Source: a virus. From it: a stretch of 64,000 bases of DNA. Made by a program: the position numbers and the translations under genes. The stretch lies in IMG/VR virus record IMGVR_UViG_3300027714_000008, positions 1-64,000 of that record; one strand, given 5' to 3'. Each line of letters opens with the position of its first letter. The stretch's first letter is position 1. Shown here piece after piece: positions 8,963 to 18,110 of the stretch. The notes below the pieces were generated by a model, which ran no database searches, had not been told where the DNA came from, and saw only the letters and a program-made list of their open reading frames with translations.

Positions 8963-9002
8963 ATAAGAGTGAGTTAATCAAAAGTCTTTGAAAGGACAGA
9001 AA

Positions 9003-9254
9003 ATGAAAATAGTAGACATCAAAAATGCAATGATAGAAATGAGCCAATCAGAGCTTTCACAAATTATCAATATAGCTCAACAGATTAAATCTATCTCTGC
9101 TCAAGTGACTTTCAACGTAGGCGACTCAGTATGGGTTGTGCAAAAAACAAAACGCACTTCTGGTATTATTGAAAAAATGAACAGTAAAAAAGCAGTCGTT
9201 TCTATGCGCGGTTCTAAGTACAACGTACCTTTCACAATGCTAGAAGCTGCATAA
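9003..9254 (+). CDS. hypothetical protein, KOW/SH3-like C-terminus
   Basis: AAGGA RBS; FNVGDSVWV...GIIEKMNSKKAVV. Confidence 0.65.
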   Translation: MKIVDIKNAMIEMSQSELSQIINIAQQIKSISAQVTFNVGDSVWVVQKTKRTSGIIEKMNSKKAVVSMRGSKYNVPFTMLEAA

Positions 9255-9460
9255 TGAGTGACCTCATACCAGATCTTGAAATTGAAGCGGCGTGTGAGGT
9301 GGCTGATACAGACGATAACTTGAATTATCTGATTACGCTCTTGGAAATCTTGTTGAAAAAAAAAATAAACCTTTTAACTGATGACGACATAGCTTCTCTT
9401 GACAAAAGAATTGATGGATGCGTTAAGAATCTATTTGATATAGCTAATGGAGATTATTAA
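9254..9460 (+). CDS. hypothetical protein
   Basis: coupled TAATG junction. Confidence 0.55.
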   Translation: MSDLIPDLEIEAACEVADTDDNLNYLITLLEILLKKKINLLTDDDIASLDKRIDGCVKNLFDIANGDY

Positions 9461-9645
9461 TGACTTACAAAAGTACAATGGCACTCAATTTAAGAATGAG
9501 TAATAAAGTAAAAAGTCGTCACCAAGAAGGTGTATGGAATAATCCTGTAAAGATGCAAATGATAGTCGATAACAAAGGGTGGAAACCTACAGTTTATCGC
9601 CCTTTAAAAACATCCTCTTTATTAGACTCAGACCAACTATCATAA
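9460..9645 (+). CDS. hypothetical protein
   Basis: GGAG RBS, TAATG junction; overlaps the 3' end of the convergent gene. Confidence 0.5.
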   Translation: MTYKSTMALNLRMSNKVKSRHQEGVWNNPVKMQMIVDNKGWKPTVYRPLKTSSLLDSDQLS

Positions 9646-10103
9646 TAACCTAGCCTGTCTAACTTACGACTTGCTAGGTTTAACTTATCTTTTGACTGTA
9701 AAAGTATTAATGCCCACTTACCTTGGTTCATTTCAACGCCATTGATAATTTCTTTATCGTCAGGATGATCTGGCAAAGCTATAAAACCTCTTGGTAATAA
9801 CTCTTGTGTATTCATTTCATCAACTTCTTGTTCTAGTTCTTTGGCTGTTATCATATCAGGCTTTATCCCTATTACGATAACTTCTATCCTATCCCAAAAC
9901 TGTTTATTGAATGTTGCGTATTGATATAGTTGAACTGCTATGTCCTTTTTATGCTCAACATAACACCAATGTATTTTACCTTTGTCTAATGCAGCTTGTG
10001 CATATGGACAAGGTTCGTATCCCAAAGACTGGTTAGGTTGGCTCACAAAGGTTTTTATCCAATCTGATACGTCTTCTTCGAGTTCCATCATTTCGTTAAT
10101 CAT
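9594..10103 (-). CDS. DUF1415-like protein
   Basis: WI..FV....LGYEPCPYA, DHPD, LILLQ. Confidence 0.5.
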   Translation of the reverse strand: MINEMMELEEDVSDWIKTFVSQPNQSLGYEPCPYAQAALDKGKIHWCYVEHKKDIAVQLYQYATFNKQFWDRIEVIVIGIKPDMITAKELEQEVDEMNTQELLPRGFIALPDHPDDKEIINGVEMNQGKWALILLQSKDKLNLASRKLDRLGYYDSWSESNKEDVFKGR

Positions 10104-10425
10104 CAGGGAAGTCTCTATATAAGAAGTGTTGAATCGTTTCTACATCGACAAGATGATTGAAACCTTTATGCTCTTTCTCTATATCATCGTCATTACGTAT
10201 CACATTTGTCATAGCATCATCTAATTGTTGTAAGCCTTTAAATTCCATATCAATGCGAAACTCTGGCAAGTCCATAGACCTAAAGCCTAGCTTCATTCGA
10301 GTGATACGAAAACTTTCAATCGCTCCGTTTTTTTCCATCTTACTTAAAAACTTTTTCATTTCAGCTACAAACCAGTGTGCGTTTACACCTTCTTTGTGAT
10401 CTGCGTAAATTGTATATACATCCAT
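10096..10425 (-). CDS. DUF6614-like ferredoxin-fold protein
   Basis: YTIYADHK.GV...IESFRITRMKLGF...PEFRIDMEF...LYRDFPD. Confidence 0.55.
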   Translation of the reverse strand: MDVYTIYADHKEGVNAHWFVAEMKKFLSKMEKNGAIESFRITRMKLGFRSMDLPEFRIDMEFKGLQQLDDAMTNVIRNDDDIEKEHKGFNHLVDVETIQHFLYRDFPDD

Positions 10426-10856
10426 TATAGAGGTCCCATTTCTTCATATCCATCAAATTTGCTTTTATATGGTTGATTTTCACCTAACCATAAGTAATCA
10501 TATCCACTCTCTTTATACAAGGCACATTCTGTAAAAAGACTTTTAGCTCCAATACTTAAAGATGGTTTCTCATAATTCCACGCAAATTGAATCGCTTCTG
10601 CATCAGAAGTGCTGTGCTTACGTATTATACTAAATGCAATTAACTTTTCATTATCATAGTATCCAATTATGTCATGTAACGGATCAAGATATTCAGTATC
10701 AAAAATAGGCATATGACTTTGAAACTTTTTATACTTACAATATTTTGTATATATACTATTAAGCTGTGGTATCTTATTATGGACATCACTAATAAATTTG
10801 TAATCTAAACACACGTCATAGTATGACATAGATAAGTCTATACGTGAAAAGATCAT
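10425..10856 (-). CDS. GNAT-fold protein resembling the C-terminal domain of Arg/Leu-tRNA-protein transferase (ATE/Bpt)
   Basis: KLIAFS, SLSIGAKSL..E, GYDYLWLG, YKSKF. Confidence 0.55.
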   Translation of the reverse strand: MIFSRIDLSMSYYDVCLDYKFISDVHNKIPQLNSIYTKYCKYKKFQSHMPIFDTEYLDPLHDIIGYYDNEKLIAFSIIRKHSTSDAEAIQFAWNYEKPSLSIGAKSLFTECALYKESGYDYLWLGENQPYKSKFDGYEEMGPL

Positions 10857-10867
10857 TGAGGCACCTT

Positions 10868-11965
10868 ATGAAAAATCAATACAATATTTGGAACAAATGG
10901 GACAAATTAAAAACAGTTGTCCTTGGTGATACTTATAACAAAGAATTCTACAAGGATATTAAGAGTAAGGACACTAGGGATTGTTTCTATAGAATTGCAG
11001 ATGAGTGTCAAGAAGACTTAGAAAATTATTCTAATGTATTAAAAGATTTTGGTTGCACTGTATTACGTCCTGAAATAGATACAAATGATAATATTATGAA
11101 CCACGTAGATCAAAAAGGTAGAATGCGTATGGGAAGAGGAGGTGTGCCTAGGCCACCCTTGTGTCCTAGAGATGCACAACTTGTAGTTGGTAACAATATT
11201 GTTTACACAGATATTGAAACCAACGATCCTTGGGGTAAGTTATTAAAAAAATATAACAACACTGACGTCGTTGATTTAAGAGTCGATAGTGTTTCAGGTC
11301 GTCGTCTGGATGGGTTTAAAAAAGAAGTTATACACGCACCTCAATATACTATGGTTGGACGTGATCTTTACATTGATACAAATGATACACCTATTCGTCC
11401 ATGGCAACAGCAAGAACTCCTGAAGTCTACAAAAGATATTAGATTAAACTATCTTAAAATAGGTGGTCATAATGACGGAGTTTTTCATACGTTAAAGCCA
11501 GGAGTGATTATAAGCCTAGAAGATATACAATTTTATGATAAGACATTTCCTGATTGGGATCTTTTATATTTACCTGAGCAAAGTTGGGAAAAGGTCAACG
11601 GCTTTTTAAAAATGAAAAAAAAGGTACTAGGTAAATGGTGGGTGCCTGGAGAAGAAGACAACGACGAGTTTACAATGTTTGTCGAAAGTTGGCTTAATGG
11701 TTGGGTAGGGTATACAGAAGAAACTGTATTTGACGTTAACTGTCTTGTGCTAGATGAGCATCACGTTTGTGTAAACAACATGAACCCAAAAGTGAATGCT
11801 TATCTTAAAAAGCATAAAATGGAACCTATCCACGTACCTTGGCGACACAGATACTTCTTTGATGGTGGACTACATTGTCTTACACTAGACCTTTACAGGG
11901 AAGGTCATATGACTGACTACTTCCCTGCAAGAGGTGATGTTGGTATTAATGATCTAGGTGTTTAG
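10868..11965 (+). CDS. amidinotransferase (glycine/inosamine-phosphate amidinotransferase family)
   Basis: WDKLKTVVLG, CPRD, GHNDG, FDVNCLVLDE, GGLHCLTLDL (catalytic Cys). Confidence 0.85.
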   Translation: MKNQYNIWNKWDKLKTVVLGDTYNKEFYKDIKSKDTRDCFYRIADECQEDLENYSNVLKDFGCTVLRPEIDTNDNIMNHVDQKGRMRMGRGGVPRPPLCPRDAQLVVGNNIVYTDIETNDPWGKLLKKYNNTDVVDLRVDSVSGRRLDGFKKEVIHAPQYTMVGRDLYIDTNDTPIRPWQQQELLKSTKDIRLNYLKIGGHNDGVFHTLKPGVIISLEDIQFYDKTFPDWDLLYLPEQSWEKVNGFLKMKKKVLGKWWVPGEEDNDEFTMFVESWLNGWVGYTEETVFDVNCLVLDEHHVCVNNMNPKVNAYLKKHKMEPIHVPWRHRYFFDGGLHCLTLDLYREGHMTDYFPARGDVGINDLGV

Positions 11966-12411
11966 TTCCAACGATAAAAGATGTGATCGTCAATACGAAC
12001 TTTTTCATCAAGTGTCGGTGCCCAATTAGGATACACGCCTGTTGTGTGATAATGTGTCGAACCTTCTGAAACATCAAACTGTTCGTAAAGGTCAATAGAG
12101 TCTAAAGCCACCATGTGTGACTGAAACCATAAATCAATGTTCTTAGGGACGTCTGTGAGTCCGTCACAATACCAAGAGAACTGACACCTATGACGTTTCA
12201 TTGCACCACTGCTATGCTTCAATCCTTGATGTACAACTTTACAAACTGTATCTGGATAACGCTTATCTAATACACGATTAATAGTCACATGGGCGACTGC
12301 CATTTGACCTAAATGTGATTGATTACGAGATTCGAAATATATGTTTTTGGCTAGGCACTCCATACCTTCTGGATCTTGTGCCAATAACGCCATTAAAACT
12401 ACTGTATTCAT
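11962..12411 (-). CDS. SleB/Hydrolase_2 cell wall hydrolase
   Basis: CLAKNIYFESR, VAHVTINRV, CQFSWYCDG, THYH, HIFY. Confidence 0.9.
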   Translation of the reverse strand: MNTVVLMALLAQDPEGMECLAKNIYFESRNQSHLGQMAVAHVTINRVLDKRYPDTVCKVVHQGLKHSSGAMKRHRCQFSWYCDGLTDVPKNIDLWFQSHMVALDSIDLYEQFDVSEGSTHYHTTGVYPNWAPTLDEKVRIDDHIFYRWN

Positions 12412-12575
12412 TTGTCAACTTCCACACAAATTTCATCACCATATTCTTCAGCATAAATCTTTGCGTTTTCAGCTTCAATACGTAGCAATCCTAATTTAAA
12501 ATCTTCTGATACTTCAGGTGCAGGAGTTAATACATAACCCAAATTTTGTGTCATATTTAAGTTTCTTATTACCAT
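12408..12575 (-). CDS. hypothetical protein
   Basis: AAAGGAG RBS before MVIRNLNM. Confidence 0.55.
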   Translation of the reverse strand: MVIRNLNMTQNLGYVLTPAPEVSEDFKLGLLRIEAENAKIYAEEYGDEICVEVDK

Positions 12576-12588
12576 TACAATATCTCCT

Positions 12589-12858
12589 TTAAGCGAACAT
12601 TGGTTGCATGTTTGAGAACACGGCGTTGTAGGCATTAACTTCACCGCTATAGTGATCAAAGAATTCATCATCATCTTCAAAAGCTACAACAGCTACTTTG
12701 CCGTTGAACAAATCATTTTGACTTGCGATGTATTCATCCCAAGCGTTCTGCATTGCGTTCATACCTTCAAGAGTATCGCCTCGACCATGTCGTGTCATAG
12801 TATCCCAACCCTCTTGGAAGGAAACTTCGTCTTGATAAAAATTAGGAATTCTAAACAT
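12589..12858 (-). CDS. early hypothetical protein
   Basis: directly behind a promoter cassette. Confidence 0.7.
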   Translation of the reverse strand: MFRIPNFYQDEVSFQEGWDTMTRHGRGDTLEGMNAMQNAWDEYIASQNDLFNGKVAVVAFEDDDEFFDHYSGEVNAYNAVFSNMQPMFA

Positions 12859-12880
12859 GTGATTCTCGCTTTCTTTGTTT

Positions 12881-13054
12881 CTATACCATCTTTATATTTG
12901 ATTCGGATTGGTTTGTCAACCCTTTTATTTCAATAAATAAATCTTTTGGCATAACACCAAGACCAACAGCAGTTCTGGTCTGGCAGTAATGAGCGTAATC
13001 TTTACACTCACTAGCTGATGGAAGTTCGTAGGCGGAAGGAAAAAAATCTAACAT
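12881..13054 (-). CDS. possible 57-aa ORF
   Basis: MLDFFPSAYELPSASECKDYAHYCQ...; starts 1 nt after the upstream stop. Confidence 0.4.
   Translation of the reverse strand: MLDFFPSAYELPSASECKDYAHYCQTRTAVGLGVMPKDLFIEIKGLTNQSESNIKMV
12891..12919 (-). promoter_or_regulatory. early promoter cassette
   Basis: TTGACA-N17(containing CGAATC)-TATAAA, followed by leader GTATAGAAACAAAGAAAG. Confidence 0.75.
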
Positions 13055-13055
13055 A

Positions 13056-13445
13056 TTAAGATCCTGTTACTAATTCAAATGAGCCGTCTGCTTGTCTATC
13101 GAAACCTTCCACATATTTGTGGTGGTTGTCTTGCTCAATAGCAGACTGTGTGATCAAGTATTCGGCGGCTTTCCAAAACTCTTTGACAGTATTACCTATG
13201 ACATAGGCTTTGTAGACGATCTTCTCTTGAGTGTTGTTCATCATCTGCTCAACTGTAGCATCTTTAGAAATAACTTCATAAGTGATCTTCTGTTGACTGT
13301 CACCCTTACAGGCAGTACCTTCCCACTCACCTTCATACATCACTTGATCAAGGCTAGTGAACTCGGTGTCACAAGACCAGATTGAGTTGTAGTTCAGAGC
13401 ATCTTGGTGGAAACCGAAGTATTCGCTTTGTTCTTCATATGTCAT
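13056..13445 (-). CDS. early hypothetical protein
   Basis: behind a promoter cassette; HHKYVEGF...FELVTGS. Confidence 0.7.
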   Translation of the reverse strand: MTYEEQSEYFGFHQDALNYNSIWSCDTEFTSLDQVMYEGEWEGTACKGDSQQKITYEVISKDATVEQMMNNTQEKIVYKAYVIGNTVKEFWKAAEYLITQSAIEQDNHHKYVEGFDRQADGSFELVTGS

Positions 13446-13479
13446 GTGCAAGTCTCACTTTCTTTGTTTCTATACTATT

Positions 13480-13508
13480 TTAATAGCACACCGATTCGGG
13501 GTTGTCAA
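13480..13508 (-). promoter_or_regulatory. early promoter cassette
   Basis: TTGACA-N17(containing CGAATC)-TATTAA, with the same leader as the 12891 cassette. Confidence 0.75.
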
Positions 13509-13531
13509 GCCCTAAATGAAAATAATTTAAA

Positions 13532-13771
13532 TTAATATTGAGGATGATAAATTACTTTTTTGACGCTTTGTCTAATTCCCTGCCAACCTGTTTGCGCGAT
13601 GCGTACGGCTGTTGCCGCTTGAGATTGTGTTGCTTTGATTTCCCATTCGTCAGCGGCAAACTCAACAGCGGCATCAAATGCTCGCTTCCAAGATGCTGTT
13701 GCTTCGTAAGATGTCAAAGCCGCTTCGGCTAATGCTTGGATGTCGATGTCATTCATGTATGCGTTTTTCAT
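13532..13771 (-). CDS. hypothetical protein
   Basis: Ala-rich ORF in an early operon. Confidence 0.6.
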   Translation of the reverse strand: MKNAYMNDIDIQALAEAALTSYEATASWKRAFDAAVEFAADEWEIKATQSQAATAVRIAQTGWQGIRQSVKKVIYHPQY

Positions 13772-13772
13772 T

Positions 13773-13940
13773 TTATTTGTCCATTGCAAGTATTAACTTC
13801 ATTTCATCAACGATGTCTTGGTATTTGGCAATCTTCTTCTCAATTGCGTACTTCTTCATTCTTACTGATGAAGTGTTACCATAGAACGTAGTTAGATATT
13901 TTTCTAACTTTTTGATTTCATTTTCATACTGTTCTAGCAT
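13773..13940 (-). CDS. 55-aa hypothetical protein (not in ORF track)
   Basis: AGGAG RBS; MLEQYENEIKKLEKYL... Confidence 0.6.
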   Translation of the reverse strand: MLEQYENEIKKLEKYLTTFYGNTSSVRMKKYAIEKKIAKYQDIVDEMKLILAMDK

Positions 13941-14104
13941 TTCAATCTCCTTGTTTCTTCTTCATGCATTTCTTCGCAAAGCTGATCCCAACGAACTTGC
14001 TTTTCAGCAGGTGCCATTGAGTTCCAGTTATCCATGATTACACCACGAGGGCGGAAGCCATAGACTTCTTTGTGAAAATCTGAAAATAAGTTATCGTCAT
14101 ACAT
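13934..14104 (-). CDS. 56-aa phage protein with SDFHKEVYGFRPR motif (not in ORF track)
   Basis: GGAGG RBS; motif familiar from phage early proteins. Confidence 0.65.
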   Translation of the reverse strand: MYDDNLFSDFHKEVYGFRPRGVIMDNWNSMAPAEKQVRWDQLCEEMHEEETRRLKC

Positions 14105-14105
14105 A

Positions 14106-14330
14106 TCATACCTCCATTTCGATAAGAGTTGCTAAGTGATTAAGAGCTTTAGAACGTGACTTCATTTCTTTCAAAGTCATAAGAACTAGCTGAGTATTTG
14201 TCAAGCTATTACGCTTAGACCAAACAGCATAGAAGCCGTCACGATCATTAACAACTTCATACTTAGTGCCACGCGCTTCAAGGCTGTAACACATTTTGTT
14301 GTTTTCAGTCATTGTGGTTTGAACTAGCAT
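14106..14330 (-). CDS. early hypothetical protein
   Basis: first gene behind the promoter at 14357-14389. Confidence 0.65.
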   Translation of the reverse strand: MLVQTTMTENNKMCYSLEARGTKYEVVNDRDGFYAVWSKRNSLTNTQLVLMTLKEMKSRSKALNHLATLIEMEV

Positions 14331-14356
14331 TGGTTCTCTTTCTGTTTAACTTATAC

Positions 14357-14389
14357 ATTATAATTAAACGATTTGAAAGAGTTTGTCAA
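14357..14389 (-). promoter_or_regulatory. early promoter
   Basis: TTGACA followed by TAATTATAAT -10 region. Confidence 0.65.
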
Positions 14390-14398
14390 CACTTATTT

Positions 14399-14620
14399 TT
14401 AGGTAGTTTTGTATGCACCAGTCGATTTATTCCAAGCATGCATAAGCTCCCAATACTGTAGTGATGTCATAGTAATAACATCAGTCCTACCAGTGGTATC
14501 ATCGTGCTGTATTATGTGACAATAATCATCATAGATATTGACTATAACGTCATCTAACTCCCCAGTCTCATCTAGCAATGTTATGCGAGACTCATCATCT
14601 ACCATATCAACAGTAAACAT
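14399..14620 (-). CDS. hypothetical protein
   Basis: GAGG RBS; MFTVDMVDDESRITLLDETG. Confidence 0.6.
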   Translation of the reverse strand: MFTVDMVDDESRITLLDETGELDDVIVNIYDDYCHIIQHDDTTGRTDVITMTSLQYWELMHAWNKSTGAYKTT

Positions 14621-14838
14621 TATGATAGAACCTCTGAGGCAACCAGCCAATTGTTTGCATGTTCTTCAACGTCATGTAAAGACTTACCAAGAAACTCTAG
14701 TCTATAAAATTCATTCTTATCTGGTGTAAACCATTTGATATAGAAATACTCTTCTTTTATATTGGCGTGTATTTCACAATACTGTCCATTTAAAATGCTG
14801 CCTTCGGTACTAACGAATGTAGAAAGTAATTTACCCAT
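14620..14838 (-). CDS. hypothetical protein
   Basis: GKSLHDVEEHANNW; coupled to neighbours. Confidence 0.6.
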   Translation of the reverse strand: MGKLLSTFVSTEGSILNGQYCEIHANIKEEYFYIKWFTPDKNEFYRLEFLGKSLHDVEEHANNWLVASEVLS

Positions 14839-14841
14839 TAT

Positions 14842-15519
14842 TTATTCCTCAGATTCCATTTCTTCTATTAAATGATCTCTCAACAATCTTGCAGTCTCAT
14901 CAAGATAATTGATTTTGCTACCATTAATAAACTTATATGCCAATGTAATACGATCACATCCAGCCCATGCAGAGTGCCAACAATGATGCTCTGGCTCATC
15001 TTTACGTCCAAAATAATAGTGCCTAGCTTGCCAACCAGGTTTATCTTGTACAGTTATAATCTTATCTTGACTTTGATCATAATACCTAAAGTAACCATCA
15101 CCATTTTTTGACCATGTAAACAATACTTGATAGCAATTGGCATTCCAATTAGTGTGCCAACCTACGTGACCCATAGGCGGATAGTAGTTTATTAAAGCAT
15201 TATGTTGCGCACCAATAGTTTTGGCAAAGTCATACCTTACTTTGTCTCTAAAAGCACTCCATATATGATCGTTTGCCACCATACTAGACATAGGTTGAGC
15301 CATGTGTGTTTCAGGAAATCCTTCATGGTATTCTTGATTTTCTAACATTACTTCTAAGTAATCTCGGCTACAAGGGTGCATGTGATCTGTTCTAATTTTT
15401 TTTGCAGAAATCACATGTTCAGGATTATCGTATCCTTTTGTATGAAAGAACTCATCAATAAAACCATCTAGTGTACTTAACAAGGCTTTATTGCGTAGAT
15501 TGATCTCAGTCATTAACAA
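14842..15519 (-). CDS. putative 2OG-Fe(II) oxygenase-like (DSBH) protein
   Basis: YYPPMGHVGWHTN...CWH...RIT; paralog at 59019-59723. Confidence 0.55.
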   Translation of the reverse strand: MLMTEINLRNKALLSTLDGFIDEFFHTKGYDNPEHVISAKKIRTDHMHPCSRDYLEVMLENQEYHEGFPETHMAQPMSSMVANDHIWSAFRDKVRYDFAKTIGAQHNALINYYPPMGHVGWHTNWNANCYQVLFTWSKNGDGYFRYYDQSQDKIITVQDKPGWQARHYYFGRKDEPEHHCWHSAWAGCDRITLAYKFINGSKINYLDETARLLRDHLIEEMESEE

Positions 15520-16174
15520 ACTCCTTAATCATAGGAAACTGTATGTTGATTGCATAGGCTATAGCACGTGCAAGTTCCATGTGTTCTAATTGTGTTCCAT
15601 TACCAGAACGTAATTCGATGTAATGTATCCAAGACCGAATAGAAGCGTTTGCATACAATCGTGACACTGTATTACCTTCTGGTAAGATACAACGTGCCTG
15701 CTCTTTGGCAATACCATACTCTATAGCTTCATTATATATGCGTTTGGTATGTTCAAGTAAGAATTTCTGTTGAGCATCCCACCAAGCTTTTAATACAATA
15801 TCATCAGTCGGTATAGAGTTTTGACGATTCTTAGGGTCTTGCATACGTGCCTCACGCACAACAAATGAGGTTTCCATGCTCCGAGGATCAGCATAACGTT
15901 GTGAAAACTCTTGAAACGCCATTGACCGATGCCGTAGTAACTGGCGTGCAATGTCACGTGTAGTTTCTATTTCTATCGTAGCTGACGCCATTTCAAATGG
16001 CGACCAATGTTTATGCTTCATAAGATAATTTAAAAGCTTGTCAGCAGATTCCATATTCATCTGTCCGCTAGGATTAGATACTTTTGCACAATACGAAATC
16101 AAGTCTTGCATACTATCAATGCCTATAATCGCACCTTTAATAGGTTGTGTACATGCTATTAGTTTTACTTTCAT
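15506..16174 (-). CDS. thyX: FAD-dependent thymidylate synthase
   Basis: HWSPFE, RQLLRHRS..FQEFSQRY, AKEQARCILP. Confidence 0.95.
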   Translation of the reverse strand: MKVKLIACTQPIKGAIIGIDSMQDLISYCAKVSNPSGQMNMESADKLLNYLMKHKHWSPFEMASATIEIETTRDIARQLLRHRSMAFQEFSQRYADPRSMETSFVVREARMQDPKNRQNSIPTDDIVLKAWWDAQQKFLLEHTKRIYNEAIEYGIAKEQARCILPEGNTVSRLYANASIRSWIHYIELRSGNGTQLEHMELARAIAYAINIQFPMIKEFVND

Positions 16175-16178
16175 AGTA

Positions 16179-17561
16179 TTATCCTACTTTAAATTCGTTA
16201 AACTTTTGTTGGACTTGAGACTTATCGAATACAGGTCTATCGTCTATGATACCTTCTGTACCCAACTCTACGTCATACAGACGCATTTTGCTTTTATCTA
16301 CACCGATTAAGAAACGTTTATCTTTATTAGGATCGTTGTATCTATTCTTAAGTTGCTTGACCATAATTTGACCTTGATCTTCTAGTTCTTCTGTAGATAC
16401 TAGAGCGAACATTAAGTCGGCTGTTGCGGGTAATCCAAAAGACTCGGACGTATCTTCAAGCCCAGGATCTGAGCTAGTGTGACCAGTACGTGTCGTCTGC
16501 GTTGCAGACACAATCGGTAAGTTAAATTCAACTGCAAGTCCTCTCATCTCTTCTGCTATGGCTTTGATATATGTATATGAGTTAATTGATCCACCCATTG
16601 CCTTCATCCGTGCAGAGCCACATATGTTAAGATAATCAACAAAGATTATTTCAGGAACAAACTTCTTCTTTAACTTCAACTCGTTTAGTAACGCACGAAA
16701 ATGGGAAGTGTTTGCTTGCCCTGTAGGGTATTCTTTAATTATAAGTTTACCATTACCAGCACGTCTAATGTTAGTAACACGATCTTTTAACATAGTCTTA
16801 GTCAATGTATCAAGATCACCAATAGGCATATCTAATAAGTTTGCATCAATACGTTCGGCTATGCGTTCTTCTGCCATTTCCATTGTGATATACAGTACGT
16901 TTCTGCCTTGACACAAAGCACCAGCCGCTACGTGACACATGAACAATGATTTACCAACACCTGTGCCAGCCAAAGCAATGTTTAATGTCTTGTTTGGTAG
17001 ACCGCCACCTGTAATTCTATTGAAGTAATCAAGGTCAAAAGGTATTCTTTCTTCTTGTGAGTGATAAAAATCAAAACGTTCTTCTACATTTTCTATGTAG
17101 TCGTGACCAACATTAGTATCAAATGATACAGCCAAAGCATCAGTTAAGATGTCAGGTAAAGAATTTTTACTTAACGTCTCATGCTTACCATCAATTATAG
17201 TAAACGATTGCATAATAGCATTATATATTGCACGATCTTGACACCACTTTTCAGTGGTGTCTAAAATCCATTGGTGATTAACATCTTCTGCTTTAAAGAC
17301 GTGGGGTAGTATTTCCATAGCTTGAGCATAATTGTTATCACCAAAGCGATCGTTCTGGTCTAGTTCAATCTTAAACTCTTCAAGTTGTGGGAGCTTATTA
17401 TATTTATTAACAAACTTACCCACTTCTTTGAACAACTGCGTATACACACCTTGAAAGTATTCAGGCTTAACGAAAGGCAAAACTTTACGTGTGAATTTTT
17501 CATTAGTTAATAAGTTCCTGAGTATCGTTTGCTCTAGGTTTATGGCTTCCGTTTGTATCAT
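16179..17561 (-). CDS. 41: replicative helicase gp41
   Basis: LAGTGVGKS, YITMEMAEE, DYLNIC, SESFGLPATAD, QLKNRY. Confidence 0.95.
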   Translation of the reverse strand: MIQTEAINLEQTILRNLLTNEKFTRKVLPFVKPEYFQGVYTQLFKEVGKFVNKYNKLPQLEEFKIELDQNDRFGDNNYAQAMEILPHVFKAEDVNHQWILDTTEKWCQDRAIYNAIMQSFTIIDGKHETLSKNSLPDILTDALAVSFDTNVGHDYIENVEERFDFYHSQEERIPFDLDYFNRITGGGLPNKTLNIALAGTGVGKSLFMCHVAAGALCQGRNVLYITMEMAEERIAERIDANLLDMPIGDLDTLTKTMLKDRVTNIRRAGNGKLIIKEYPTGQANTSHFRALLNELKLKKKFVPEIIFVDYLNICGSARMKAMGGSINSYTYIKAIAEEMRGLAVEFNLPIVSATQTTRTGHTSSDPGLEDTSESFGLPATADLMFALVSTEELEDQGQIMVKQLKNRYNDPNKDKRFLIGVDKSKMRLYDVELGTEGIIDDRPVFDKSQVQQKFNEFKVG

Positions 17562-17850
17562 TCGTCGTTCCTATTTCTAAAATATTTCCTAGTATTCCGC
17601 CTACATAACGATTGAATTGATTGTTGTCAACTGTCAATTCTGTATTAGGTGATGAAACTATATCAAAACTAAACCTAATAGATTCCGTCACTTCATCCAA
17701 TTTTAGCGTAGAGAATGATATTACAGTCTCTACGTAATCACCTTTTAAGATGCGTATATCCCATCCTTCTACATCTTTTGGAATTAGTTCGTAGTCTTCA
17801 TTTTCAATTAAATTCATTATATCATATTCCTTAATAGGTGTAAAGCTCAA
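17503..17850 (-). CDS. conserved hypothetical protein upstream of gp41
   Basis: syntenic ORF; start uncertain. Confidence 0.6.
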   Translation of the reverse strand: MSFTPIKEYDIMNLIENEDYELIPKDVEGWDIRILKGDYVETVISFSTLKLDEVTESIRFSFDIVSSPNTELTVDNNQFNRYVGGILGNILEIGTTNDTNGSHKPRANDTQELIN

Positions 17851-18110
17851 ACGTCTTCGCCAAGCAATTTTTCACATCGTACTAAGCTCTCTAGGACTTT
17901 TATCATTGATGCGTCTTCTTTTATCATTGGTTCAGGCGAGTTTACAGTGTATATCGCTGTAAACTTATATGTGTTTTCTGAACTAAAATATGCTTGCTCA
18001 CTGTGTTCAGTAACTTTCACAATGCTATTAACTGACAACATGTAAGGTTTTTCATAGAGGTCTATTCCAGCAATATAGAATAAACCTCCGACAAGTAAAC
18101 ATTCTATCAC
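17847..18110 (-). CDS. hypothetical protein
   Basis: coupled ORF with GGAG RBS. Confidence 0.55.
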   Translation of the reverse strand: MIECLLVGGLFYIAGIDLYEKPYMLSVNSIVKVTEHSEQAYFSSENTYKFTAIYTVNSPEPMIKEDASMIKVLESLVRCEKLLGEDV

